Positions 1 to 8,731 of a DNA stretch of 64,000 nt are shown here, in pieces. The stretch is taken from positions 1 to 64,000 of the IMG/VR virus record IMGVR_UViG_3300045988_131721. One strand, given 5' to 3'. Position 1 is the first letter of the stretch, and every line of letters starts with the position of its first letter. The stretch is from a virus. Made by a program: the position numbers and the translations under genes. The notes below the pieces were generated by a model. That model made no database searches and was not told the DNA's origin. It saw nothing but the letters and a program-made list of their open reading frames with translations.

Positions 1-70
1 TATGAATGAAATGAATAAATTAAGAAAGAAGAGGAAAGAGTTAATGGTTTATGTTAACTCTTGACGATAA
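1..70. repeat. Left inverted-repeat end (IR-L). 1-42 is the exact reverse complement of 20537-20578. Contains hairpin 36-62.
   Basis: Manual alignment: revcomp(1-42) = aactctttcctcttctttcttaatttattcatttcattcata = 20537-20578. Weaker similarity continues to about 70 versus 20508-20536. The repeat starts at the window edge, so it may extend further left. Confidence 0.9.
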
Positions 71-157
71 CTGCGTAGCACAATTCTATCCCCTTGGTCA
101 TCAAACTAATTACAAAGCAAATTAGTTTTCTTCCTTCCCCTTTATCAAAAGGGGATT

Positions 158-172
158 TTTATTAATTATTTT
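158..172 (-). repeat. 15-mer junction motif AAAATAATTAATAAA (minus-strand copy)
   Basis: The plus strand reads TTTATTAATTATTTT. Orientation follows the minus-strand transcription of this arm. Confidence 0.9.
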
Positions 173-284
173 TAATACTTTCTTATTTTCTAAGAAAATG
201 AATTTTTTATCTTTAAAATATGGCGATAAAACTATATTATTTTAAAGTGTGATTTTTAATTTTATAACCTTTAGAGTTATTTTT

Positions 285-1484
285 TTACATATTTAACCAA
301 ACAATTAATAAATTTCTCATTCTCTTAGATGGTATATATAAATTAATTTCTTTTTCTTCTCTTATTGCGCTCCTAAACAACCATTGAATTAATTCAGATA
401 AACTCCAAATATCTTCATCTATTTTAACTCCTTTGTCAATAAAGAAATTGTTAATTGTTGGTTTATAATATCTATTGATTAAATAAGCACAATTAGTCTT
501 ATCTTTATATTCATTTGTTGCCCTACTGTTGCAAGGAACGAAACCATTTGTGTACCCTTTACCTTTACATTGTTGTTTGTAATCTTCAAAACAAGTCCAC
601 ATATTAAACTGACCTTTTCCTTTAACTATGTTTATAAAGTAATTAACAGTATTCTTTTTAAGTTTTTTTATTAATTCCTTTTTGCTAGATTTATCATACC
701 AACTTTTAGATAGTGCTGTTGTCTTATCTCCTATATCGTTTAATTTCCCTTCGTATATATGTATCAAATCTTTATATTTAGCACCATTAATCTCTTGATA
801 TTCACATAAGTTATAGCTGTTATTAATTTTACTTATTGATTTATATTCATATTCTACACTATTTAAGTCATAGTAATATCTTTGTACTTGACCTTTAAAC
901 ATATATGTTAATATGTAAACCTCTTTAAATGCTGTAAATATATTAATTGGAAATGTCCATAACATTAGTGAATTATTAAAGAAATATACATCTCCATTTT
1001 TAATTGGATTTTTCATACTACTAAATTTACCTTCATATGTATCATCTATCCAATGTGCTTTATTTTCTTCGTCTATTTCAATTATTTTTTCATTTATTAA
1101 TATTTGAATATCTCTTTTGCTTATAGGTATTTGTTCAACAACATCGCATACTTCGTCTAATATAAGTATATACTCACCTTCTCGTATATCATTTATCACT
1201 TCTTGACTTAACCCTCTAAATAAAGAATGTGTTGAAATTACGTTATAACCTTCTTTTACAAGTTCATAGAAGTGATTTGTCTTACTTCCTTTCCCTAGTT
1301 TCTCATTTGGCTTTCTAAACTCTCTTTGGTCACAAGTTTTAATTACTCTATTTATTTCAGATAAAAACGGTGTTATATACATAAATCTTTCAAATAGCTC
1401 ATTATTCATGTATTGTATTGCAAACGAAGTCTTGCCGTACCTACATGGTGCATCTACTACAGTTATTTTACATTGGTTCTTCAT
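285..1484 (-). CDS. P-loop NTPase with an SF2-helicase-like N-terminal domain (inverted paralog of 19171-20373)
   Basis: 399 aa. Walker A-like APCRYGKTS and Walker B-like ILILDEVCD. SD ggaggtga upstream. Collinear similarity to the 400 aa paralog along the whole length. Confidence 0.75.
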   Translation of the reverse strand: MKNQCKITVVDAPCRYGKTSFAIQYMNNELFERFMYITPFLSEINRVIKTCDQREFRKPNEKLGKGSKTNHFYELVKEGYNVISTHSLFRGLSQEVINDIREGEYILILDEVCDVVEQIPISKRDIQILINEKIIEIDEENKAHWIDDTYEGKFSSMKNPIKNGDVYFFNNSLMLWTFPINIFTAFKEVYILTYMFKGQVQRYYYDLNSVEYEYKSISKINNSYNLCEYQEINGAKYKDLIHIYEGKLNDIGDKTTALSKSWYDKSSKKELIKKLKKNTVNYFINIVKGKGQFNMWTCFEDYKQQCKGKGYTNGFVPCNSRATNEYKDKTNCAYLINRYYKPTINNFFIDKGVKIDEDIWSLSELIQWLFRSAIREEKEINLYIPSKRMRNLLIVWLNM

Positions 1485-1498
1485 ATTATCACCTCCTT

Positions 1499-1513
1499 TT
1501 TATTAATTATTTT
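1499..1513 (-). repeat. 15-mer junction motif (minus-strand copy), overlapping the stop of 1507-1716 and preceding the SD of 285-1484
   Basis: The plus strand reads TTTATTAATTATTTT. On the minus strand it reads aga aaa taa tta ata aaa agg agg. Confidence 0.9.
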
Positions 1514-1716
1514 CTACGTTGATAATACTTACATCTTTTTGCATGTATATTTGTAAAGAAAATAATCACCTTTTCTTTTATAGGGCAATATATGTTACAA
1601 TCATAAGTCCATTCTGCAAATTCACAATACATACAATCTATTTTTTCTTTTTTATGTTTTTTATGATGTGTTTTACAATAATCTTTTTTGGCACTTTCTA
1701 AGTTCCATTTTTTCAT
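1507..1716 (-). CDS. Small basic Cys/His-rich protein (putative zinc-binding)
   Basis: Start moved to MKKWNL, which has SD aaggaggtga 6 nt upstream. 69 aa with multiple C and H clusters. Confidence 0.6.
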   Translation of the reverse strand: MKKWNLESAKKDYCKTHHKKHKKEKIDCMYCEFAEWTYDCNIYCPIKEKVIIFFTNIHAKRCKYYQRRK

Positions 1717-1737
1717 ATTATCACCTCCTTGTTTATG

Positions 1738-1770
1738 TATTAACATAAATGTTATAAAAATCACCTATGA
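1738..1770 (-). promoter_or_regulatory. Class-2 promoter-like box (TCATAGGTgATTTTT-N11-GTTAATA) upstream of 1507-1716
   Basis: The reverse complement reads tcataggtgattttt ataacatttat gttaatac. Spacing is the same as in the other copies. Confidence 0.6.
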
Positions 1771-1773
1771 TTT

Positions 1774-2133
1774 TTATTTTTCTTTTATTATTATTTTTTC
1801 TTTCTTGCTATTTTTTAATGTTTCAGTAATCTTATCATTAAATGCTCTTACTTCTTCCTCTAATTCTTGTTGTCTTTTTATTTCTTCTTCTGCTTTAGCA
1901 ATTTTTTTCTCTCTCTTTTTAACTATAGCGTCGTGAATTACTACCATCATTATCAATATAATCATAGGTAGAAACATAAATCCTATAAGAGTAAACATAA
2001 AACCTACCTCACCAAATAAATCTCCTGCAATTAAAGAGAAATAACAAGCTCCAAATAATATAAGTAAAAAAATTACGATTTGTAATAATGAAAAGCTATA
2101 TAAACCAAAATATCTTGCACGTCTAAACCACAT
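1774..2133 (-). CDS. Membrane protein with a charged coiled-coil C-terminus
   Basis: 119 aa. Hydrophobic N-terminal two thirds, then KKREKKIAKAEEEIKRQQELEEE. SD aaaggag upstream. Confidence 0.6.
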   Translation of the reverse strand: MWFRRARYFGLYSFSLLQIVIFLLILFGACYFSLIAGDLFGEVGFMFTLIGFMFLPMIILIMMVVIHDAIVKKREKKIAKAEEEIKRQQELEEEVRAFNDKITETLKNSKKEKIIIKEK

Positions 2134-2176
2134 AATATCAACTCCTTTCTATTTTTTTATTTATTTCTTATCTACG

Positions 2177-2209
2177 TATTAACATAACTGTATTAAAAAT
2201 TACCTATGA
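2177..2209 (-). promoter_or_regulatory. Class-2 promoter-like box upstream of 1774-2133
   Basis: The reverse complement reads tcataggtaattttt aatacagttat gttaatacg. Confidence 0.6.
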
Positions 2210-2302
2210 ATTACAAAAAATATGTTTGTCCTTTAAGATTTTTTATTAAGCTTCTTTAATACCATTACAAAAACACTCCAAATATATGTATTATATTTAT
2301 AT

Positions 2303-2335
2303 AATTAACAACTAATAATGAAAAATTACCTATGA
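2303..2335 (-). promoter_or_regulatory. Class-2 promoter-like box (variant -10-like GTTAATT)
   Basis: The reverse complement reads tcataggtaattttt cattattagtt gttaatta. Confidence 0.5.
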
Positions 2336-2429
2336 ATTATATTATTTAATATATATAGTATTTAATTTAGTATTTAATAGTATTTAAGAAAGCTATTTCT
2401 ATTGATATTCCTTGTGTCTATCATATTAT

Positions 2430-2625
2430 ATATGAGTTTTAAAGGTTTTAATATGTGTTTTTAAGGGATATATATGTTAAATTAAGTATCATTTCGTTTA
2501 TAAATATGTGTTTTTAAGGACATTTTTATTTCCTTAATTACTCATAATAATTTAAATATGTTAAAATAAGGGACTATTAATATGAGATATTAAGGGTTAT
2601 AATATAACTATGAGAAATTAAGGAG
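2430..2625 (+). repeat. Iteron-like direct repeats upstream of the rep gene
   Basis: Seven imperfect copies of about 17 nt, ATATG-N7/8-TAAGG. They start near 2430, 2451, 2472, 2504, 2556, 2580 and 2608. The last overlaps the rep SD. Confidence 0.7.
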
Positions 2626-2633
2626 GTTTTAAT

Positions 2634-3590
2634 ATGAGTAAAAATCAAATACTTATGAAAAATAACACAATAGTTAGTGCTAGATATAACATATCTCTTA
2701 TGCATAATAATATATTTATTTTTATATTGTATAAACTTCAGAAGGCTAAGTCTGGTAATGCATATTGCTATATAAGCAAACAAGAATTTCAAAATCTTAT
2801 TTCAAATAAAACACAGAAAACAGTTCCAGGTATTAAAAAAGTATTAGATAATATGTTAGATGAAAAAATATACTTTAGAGAAGATGGTGAGTGGAGCTGT
2901 AAATATAGTATTATAGCTGGGTATGAATATAATAAAAAAGAAGATTTATTTAAAATAGTTGTCATTGATAAAGTTTATCATCTTCTTATGAATTATAAAG
3001 CTTATACACCTATTAATATGAAAATATTTTTAACTTTAAAATCAATATATAGCCAAAGATTATATGACCTTCTTAGATTATGGAGTAATACAAAAGAAAA
3101 TATAACATATGAACTAGATGAATTAAAAGATTTATTAATGTTAAACGACAAATATAATTTGTATGCTGATTTTAAAAGAAATGTTCTTCAACGAGCTAAA
3201 AAAGAATTAAATAATACTGGAATGTTTGAATTATCATATACTGAAAATAAAAAGGGACGAAGTGTAAAATCTATAACATTTCATGTGAAAGATTTAGATA
3301 AAAGAGTATATTTTAAAAAGAAACAAACTGAACAAATTTCACCATTGTCATACATTCCTAATAAGAGCTTAATATCAAATAATTGTATGTCGTCTCTTCA
3401 AAAAGATTTTGAGTTAATAGATTTCACGTATGAAGATATGAAACAGTCTTTTATTGAATCAGTCAATATAACATTATCTAAATTTAATGTAGATAAAATA
3501 GATTATAATGTATATCCTTACTTTAAAGCTGTGTTAAATAATAAAATTAAGTATTATACTGACTTATTTATAAAGACAAGTATTTTTTAA
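2634..3590 (+). CDS. Plasmid replication initiator, Rep_3/RepB family
   Basis: The N-terminus NNTIVSARYNISLMHNNIFIFILYKLQ fits the Rep_3 signature. Iterons lie immediately upstream. SD aaggagg. Confidence 0.8.
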   Translation: MSKNQILMKNNTIVSARYNISLMHNNIFIFILYKLQKAKSGNAYCYISKQEFQNLISNKTQKTVPGIKKVLDNMLDEKIYFREDGEWSCKYSIIAGYEYNKKEDLFKIVVIDKVYHLLMNYKAYTPINMKIFLTLKSIYSQRLYDLLRLWSNTKENITYELDELKDLLMLNDKYNLYADFKRNVLQRAKKELNNTGMFELSYTENKKGRSVKSITFHVKDLDKRVYFKKKQTEQISPLSYIPNKSLISNNCMSSLQKDFELIDFTYEDMKQSFIESVNITLSKFNVDKIDYNVYPYFKAVLNNKIKYYTDLFIKTSIF

Positions 3591-3598
3591 TTAATCTA

Positions 3599-3627
3599 TT
3601 GACAAAATATATTTTCCATGTTATCAT
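3599..3627 (+). promoter_or_regulatory. Sigma-A-type promoter with no ORF behind it
   Basis: TTGACA at 3599-3604, 17-nt spacer, TGtTATCAT with -10 at 3622-3627. Confidence 0.55.
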
Positions 3628-3633
3628 GATATA

Positions 3634-3735
3634 GTACATTCTCATAAGAATTGCAAATATCGCATATAACTTTAATTAAATTATTATATTTTATTTCCAA
3701 AATGTAATAATCAGCCCTTTTTAGGGCTTTTTCTT
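3634..3735 (+). ncRNA. Candidate small RNA of about 100 nt (promoter-to-terminator unit without an SD-led ORF)
   Basis: Bounded by the promoter at 3599-3627 and the terminator at 3713-3745. No ORF with an SD lies inside. Ends are predicted, not mapped. Confidence 0.35.
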
Positions 3736-3745
3736 TTGTTTTTAT
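3713..3745 (+). terminator. Rho-independent terminator
   Basis: AGCCCT tttt AGGGCT stem followed by tttttcttttgttttt. The T-run is only on the plus strand. Confidence 0.7.
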
Positions 3746-3820
3746 AAAAAATAAGCAATTTTTCTTCATTTTTAACATTTTTATGCATTTTTACTCATTT
3801 TTTACTAAAATTTTAGCATT

Positions 3821-4015
3821 TTATTCGTATTTTTTCTTAACAATCTCACCAAATTCAGGAGCTTTCATTAAAATTTTCTCACGTATTGACCTATTTTTAT
3901 GAATTTCCATCAATGATTCTAACTCTTTTAATGAGTTTTCTCTGATTACTCCACCAATTATTTCTCTTCCATCTCTTGATTTCATTTCCCATTCTACTTC
4001 CCAAATTTCTCTCAT
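3821..4015 (-). CDS. Hypothetical 64 aa protein (paralog of 4268-4462)
   Basis: Shared pattern M.E.WEVEWE.KSRDG...FGEI.KKKYE. SD present. Confidence 0.6.
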   Translation of the reverse strand: MREIWEVEWEMKSRDGREIIGGVIRENSLKELESLMEIHKNRSIREKILMKAPEFGEIVKKKYE

Positions 4016-4027
4016 ACCATCGACCTC

Positions 4028-4210
4028 CTAAAATAATTTTTTGACTATATTATATTCACATCCATACTGTGGTTTTTTATTGCATAGTTCTTTTAACTCT
4101 TCAATTTCTTCTTTGATTTCTTCTTTATTTTTAAGTTTTGCTCTCTTTCTATAAAATGTTTCACAACAATTATCTATATCATATATATATCCGTATAATT
4201 CATATTTCAT
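4028..4210 (-). CDS. Hypothetical 60 aa protein (paralog of 4475-4657)
   Basis: Shared pattern MKY.LY...KNK.EI.EEI..LKE.C.K.P. SD ggagggg upstream. Confidence 0.6.
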   Translation of the reverse strand: MKYELYGYIYDIDNCCETFYRKRAKLKNKEEIKEEIEELKELCNKKPQYGCEYNIVKKLF

Positions 4211-4267
4211 AATTACCCCTCCTTATTTTTTACTATATTTTTACTCATTTTCACTAAATTTAATCGT

Positions 4268-4462
4268 TTATTCGTATTTTTTCTTAATAATTTCACCAAA
4301 TTTAGTAGGTCTTGTAGTAATTAATTCACGCTTATTTCTATGTGCATAGTATTTCATAGATTCTCTTAATTCTTCATATGTGTCTTCTTTTATTATCCCA
4401 CAAGTCATTCTCATTCCATCTCTCGATTTACTTTCCCATTCCACTTCCCAAAGTTCTTTCAT
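4268..4462 (-). CDS. Hypothetical 64 aa protein (paralog of 3821-4015)
   Basis: See 3821-4015. SD aggaggt upstream. Confidence 0.6.
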   Translation of the reverse strand: MKELWEVEWESKSRDGMRMTCGIIKEDTYEELRESMKYYAHRNKRELITTRPTKFGEIIKKKYE

Positions 4463-4474
4463 ATTATAACCTCC

Positions 4475-4657
4475 TTAAAAGAATCTTTTAATAACATCAT
4501 ATGCATATACGTATGAAGGATTTTTACTGCATTTTTCTTTTAATTTATTTATTTCCTCTTCTATTTCTTTTTTATTTTTTGTTTCAATTTCATTCATATA
4601 AATATTTTCATATAAATCATCTCTATCTTCTATAGATTCATATAATGTATACTTCAT
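4475..4657 (-). CDS. Hypothetical 60 aa protein (paralog of 4028-4210)
   Basis: The start overlaps the stop of the FtsK-like gene by 1 nt, suggesting translational coupling. Confidence 0.6.
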   Translation of the reverse strand: MKYTLYESIEDRDDLYENIYMNEIETKNKKEIEEEINKLKEKCSKNPSYVYAYDVIKRFF

Positions 4658-5787
4658 TATTTTACCTCCTCTTTCTTTTTACCATACTTTTCACATATTT
4701 TAAGTACTGTCTCTCTATCAATATAGAAAGTTTGTATTTCTGTACCATACTCTTCATAGTCAAACACTCTCATATTCCCTGCTCCTCTTAATAAATGTAA
4801 ATATCCATAGTTAATTATCATATTAGACCTAATTTCATCTTTACATTTACCACCTATAACGATATTTATATTCTGTTTAGTTATATTAGGTAATATATCT
4901 TTAGAAGGTAATTGGGTAGTTAATATTAAAAACACTCCAGCTCCTGCACCTCTACTAGCTATTAAAGCTAACATATTATGAAAATCTTTATTCTTCATAT
5001 AAGAAGATAACTCTTCTATTACTATAAATCTAATAGGCATTTTTTTAAACTTCCTATATTGCCATATATCAGTGCAATTTCTATAAGTAAACAGTTCATA
5101 TCTTTTATCTATATCTTGTATAGCATCAAATAATATATCTTCAGCTTCATCTCTATTTTCCGTATAATGAATTACATTTTTACAGTTTCTAAATTCAAAT
5201 AAATCTACTCTCTTTTCATTGATTAAATCTAACACAACATCACATTTTCTTTTCATTACTAATTGAGATATAATAACTCTCAAACAATTAGATTTCCCAC
5301 ATCTAGTAGCTCCTGCTAAATACATATGTGCATTAGAAGGTTCGCTAAAATCAATATATCTAATACTACAATCTTCTAAATTAATTCCAATAGGTATTTT
5401 ATATCCTTTAGCTTTATGTTTTTCTAAATCAAAGTCAGCACACACTATCTCTTCCTTTTTAATTCTTAATTGAATATAATATCCATTCTTTTTAAAACTA
5501 ACATCTTCTTTTTCTTTATTTAATAAATGACAAAACTTATTCTTATTATTATTAAAATCGTCTATAGTCATCCCTGTAGGTATTATAAATTCATATATTT
5601 TATAGTTTTCGTCTTCCCATTTATTTCTTAACTTAGGTATATCTCCAGAAACATTCTTCATATTGATATTATTAAAGAAATCAGTAAAATCAATATGTTT
5701 AATATTAAATACATCTAAAGCTGATTTACATAATAATGTTATTGTATCCCAAATAGTATTTGTTAAAGGTTCTATCACATTACTCAT
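4657..5787 (-). CDS. FtsK/SpoIIIE-family dsDNA translocase (TraB/TcpA-like)
   Basis: Walker A GATRCGKS, Walker B FIVIEELS and the FtsK-type GVFLILTTQLPSKD motif. Confidence 0.85.
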   Translation of the reverse strand: MSNVIEPLTNTIWDTITLLCKSALDVFNIKHIDFTDFFNNINMKNVSGDIPKLRNKWEDENYKIYEFIIPTGMTIDDFNNNKNKFCHLLNKEKEDVSFKKNGYYIQLRIKKEEIVCADFDLEKHKAKGYKIPIGINLEDCSIRYIDFSEPSNAHMYLAGATRCGKSNCLRVIISQLVMKRKCDVVLDLINEKRVDLFEFRNCKNVIHYTENRDEAEDILFDAIQDIDKRYELFTYRNCTDIWQYRKFKKMPIRFIVIEELSSYMKNKDFHNMLALIASRGAGAGVFLILTTQLPSKDILPNITKQNINIVIGGKCKDEIRSNMIINYGYLHLLRGAGNMRVFDYEEYGTEIQTFYIDRETVLKICEKYGKKKEEVK

Positions 5788-5905
5788 ATTATCATCTCCT
5801 TTTACTTAACTATATGCAAGTGTGTAGTAAATGTTTCCTAAATATTAAAAAAATATTTTAGTAACATTATTTAAATATATACATATATTATATTGAGGTG
5901 ATAAT

Positions 5906-6499
5906 ATGACTGAAAGAGATATCCAAGTATTAAACTTTATTAATCTAGTTACTATGTGTAGAACAGAACATATAAGAAATTTATTCTTTGCAGGATTAAC
6001 TAATACCACTTGGGATAGAAGAGCTAATAAATTAGTAGAATATAAGCAATTAAAACGCTTTAGAAGTGGAATATATAATAGAGAATATATTTATTATATT
6101 GAAAATAAACCTAATGAAAGATTACTTAGGCATGATATGTATATAACTGAATTGGTATATAATTTATTATTACTAGGCGTGGAAATAATATACGTAGATA
6201 GAAATGTTCAATTAGGTAATGTTATAGCAGATGGTTATATTATAATTAGATATAAAAAAGACAATACTATAATAAGGAAAGGTTTATTAATAGAAGTTCA
6301 ATTGCATGGTAGATTATCAGATTGTATAGATAAATATACAGATATTAATCCTATTAAAGAATATGTGATTGAACAAGGTATGCAAACTATTCCCTCTCTA
6401 CTTATTATAAGCGACTTACAGGGCAAGATTAGAAATAAAATTCTTAAAACTATGTGTGTGAATTGTAACTTAGAGTGTTTAGACAAGTGTATATTATAA
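5906..6499 (+). CDS. Replication-relaxation family protein
   Basis: N-terminal wHTH-like MTERDIQVLNFINLVTMCRTEHIRNLFF...RRANKLVEYKQLKRF. Divergent neighbour of the FtsK-like gene, as is typical for this family. Confidence 0.6.
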   Translation: MTERDIQVLNFINLVTMCRTEHIRNLFFAGLTNTTWDRRANKLVEYKQLKRFRSGIYNREYIYYIENKPNERLLRHDMYITELVYNLLLLGVEIIYVDRNVQLGNVIADGYIIIRYKKDNTIIRKGLLIEVQLHGRLSDCIDKYTDINPIKEYVIEQGMQTIPSLLIISDLQGKIRNKILKTMCVNCNLECLDKCIL

Positions 6500-6508
6500 T
6501 GTAAAATT

Positions 6509-6553
6509 GAGTGTGCGATACAACTATTGCTTGTACTACACACTCTTTTATTT
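6509..6553 (+). terminator. Terminator-like hairpin after 5906-6499
   Basis: GAGTGTG (6509-6515) pairs with CACACTC (6539-6545), followed by ttttattt. The loop is large, so confidence is modest. Confidence 0.4.
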
Positions 6554-6885
6554 GGTATTTCAATGGTTTGACAAGGTAAAACTAATGGGTTTATATAGAT
6601 GAATTAACATGAAATGGCGGTATATTATATCTGATTAAACCCGTATTTTCCCATTTATTTCCAATATATTAAATATACTATTAAATTCCCATTAAATCAA
6701 GTATTAATTTATAAACGTAAAATAACATATTTATAATATCATTTCCCGAGAGTAAGTACAATACGGTAATATCTAATTTTAATACTTTAAATTAGATAAA
6801 AATAAAGTATAATAAAAACTCATTTATTTCCTAGTATTCTTAATTTGTAAACATGTTGATGTTATAAAGATAGGAGTTTATAGAA

Positions 6886-6990
6886 ATGGTTAAAAATGTA
6901 ATTCGGTATTTTTTATGGCATGTAGTTGGTAAACTACTACACAGAATAAAATTTTTGTCAAGCCCCTCCGAATATGATACCACCCCCTAG
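6886..6990 (+). CDS. Possible 34 aa ORF inside the non-coding hub
   Basis: SD taggag 8 nt upstream of the ATG. No homology clue. May be spurious. Confidence 0.25.
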   Translation: MVKNVIRYFLWHVVGKLLHRIKFLSSPSEYDTTP

Positions 6991-7114
6991 ATGTTGAAAT
7001 ATCAACATTTCTTACCCTTTGAAAAAAAATTCCTTCTCCAAAAAGTGCGATTAAGTATTAATTAATCGTACATTCTTAATTTTTTAAAGTGGTTGACTTG
7101 TCCAGTTGACGTGG

Positions 7115-7123
7115 TTATCAACA
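7115..7123 (+). promoter_or_regulatory. DnaA-box-like 9-mer TTATCAACA
   Basis: One mismatch to the TTATCCACA consensus. First of three boxes at an exact 22-bp period. Confidence 0.55.
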
Positions 7124-7136
7124 CTATATCACCTAG

Positions 7137-7145
7137 TTATCAACA
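7137..7145 (+). promoter_or_regulatory. DnaA-box-like 9-mer TTATCAACA
   Basis: Context is cctagTTATCAACAag, 22 bp after the previous box. Confidence 0.55.
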
Positions 7146-7158
7146 AGTATTTTGCTAG

Positions 7159-7167
7159 TTATCCACA
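7159..7167 (+). promoter_or_regulatory. Perfect DnaA box TTATCCACA
   Basis: Context is gctagTTATCCACAag, 22 bp after the previous box. Confidence 0.6.
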
Positions 7168-7322
7168 AGCTGTTAATATGTATAAATATATATACGAAAG
7201 CAAGTATTACCAATACTTACAACTACATTTACAACTACATCTCAAGCTAACAACCTATAAGTCTATATAACCTAGTAATATCAACGCTTTCATACACTTA
7301 TACACTTTTTTCTTAATCTAAG

Positions 7323-7331
7323 TTATCCACA
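7323..7331 (+). promoter_or_regulatory. Perfect DnaA box TTATCCACA
   Basis: Context is ctaagTTATCCACAag. Same orientation as the other three boxes. Confidence 0.6.
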
Positions 7332-8563
7332 AGTAAAATTTTTCTAATTTTTCCATTTTACATTTTTTACCATCTATTCAATTCTTCCTAATAATCTAAA
7401 GTGATTTTTCTGTTTTCCTTTATTTTCCTAAAGTGTTTACCTATAATTGTTTCACAGTTTACCTATATTAGTAATACCATACAACTATTGCAATAACTGT
7501 ATCCTATACCTATAGTGGGTATATTGTAAAGCGTGAAACAGTTGCAATTGCTACATTCTTCTATTTCTTCTATTTGTGTATACCTATGTATGGTATTCAA
7601 TCCTAGTTATATCAACACTTCTATTGTTTTCCTGTATATTTTCCTAAGTCCTGTAATGCTTGATAATACTAGATAGTTAATAAATATACCTATGATAATT
7701 AAGATAATAAAGCATAATGTTAATTTATATTAATTAATTAAGCTATTCTCTTTTGTTCTCTTTATTATATAAAGTATGTATATATTTGTCGAATTACTCT
7801 AAAGCTAGTAATATCAACGATTACAGTATTTTATAATAACTTTACAATATAAAACAATCTTTATATTTTCCCTAATTAAATAAAGCTAATCCTTGATTTA
7901 CCTTAATATTTTAAAGGAGATATTATCATTCTGCTTTATTTAATTAAGTTAAACTTATTAATTAATACCAACTTTATTTATTAAACTTTAAAATCAATTT
8001 TAAAATGGAGTATTCCATAAAAATAATTTTGTACGATAAAATACTTTTTTATAGCTTTACTAAAATAAGTAAATTGTACTATCCACTTTAAAATAATTTA
8101 TGACCCTTTTTTCTACTATCAATAAATAAAGTATTCGACACTATAGACTTTATTTATGTAAACTATTCGACAACAATTCAACCATATAAATTTATTTTTA
8201 TATGTAAAAATTATCTTTTATGATACAATTATATTTTAATGTATAAATTATTTTATATCGTATAAATTTATTTTTATAGCAATCTTAACTTAATAAAATA
8301 AAGTGACCCTATTTTTCACTATCATTAATTAAAGTAAAACTTGTCGAACACTTTAATAATTGACTGCGGAATCTATCTTTTGCTTTAAAAATTAAAGTAT
8401 TTAGCTATAAAAATTTATTTATATATAAACTTTTATTTTTATTGTAGATATCTAAAATATAGCTTAAACAGTTGATATCACTAATTTGTAGCGTTTTTAC
8501 TTATCAACTTCTATCTATATACTTTTTTAGGGAAAAATAAATTTAAAAAAATAAAAAAAATGT

Positions 8564-8593
8564 TTGACAAAAGTATACTAGTCGTACTATCAT
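8564..8593 (+). promoter_or_regulatory. Sigma-A-type promoter, first of a tandem duplicated pair
   Basis: TTGACA at 8564-8569, 18-nt spacer, TATCAT at 8588-8593. Followed by the conserved box gtattagacaagggag. Confidence 0.55.
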
Positions 8594-8670
8594 ATAATTA
8601 AGATAAAACAAAATAATAAAAAGTATAAGTATTAGACAAGGGAGGTTACCCAATTAACCATCGAGCAACA

Positions 8671-8685
8671 AAAATAATTAATAAA
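8671..8685 (+). repeat. 15-mer junction motif AAAATAATTAATAAA
   Basis: Exact copy, placed just upstream of the second tandem promoter. Confidence 0.95.
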
Positions 8686-8701
8686 ATTTTAAAAAAAGTA
8701 T

Positions 8702-8731
8702 TTGACAAATAAGCATAATTCGTACTATCAT
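8702..8731 (+). promoter_or_regulatory. Sigma-A-type promoter, second of the tandem pair
   Basis: TTGACA at 8702-8707, 18-nt spacer, TATCAT at 8726-8731. The same tcgtactatcat and gtattagacaagggag boxes as in the first copy. Confidence 0.55.

Noticed and set aside
3596-3778. 60-aa minus-strand ORF between rep and the transfer operon
   Set aside because: It has no SD, spans the intrinsic terminator hairpin at 3713-3728, and lies opposite a well-formed plus-strand promoter-terminator unit.
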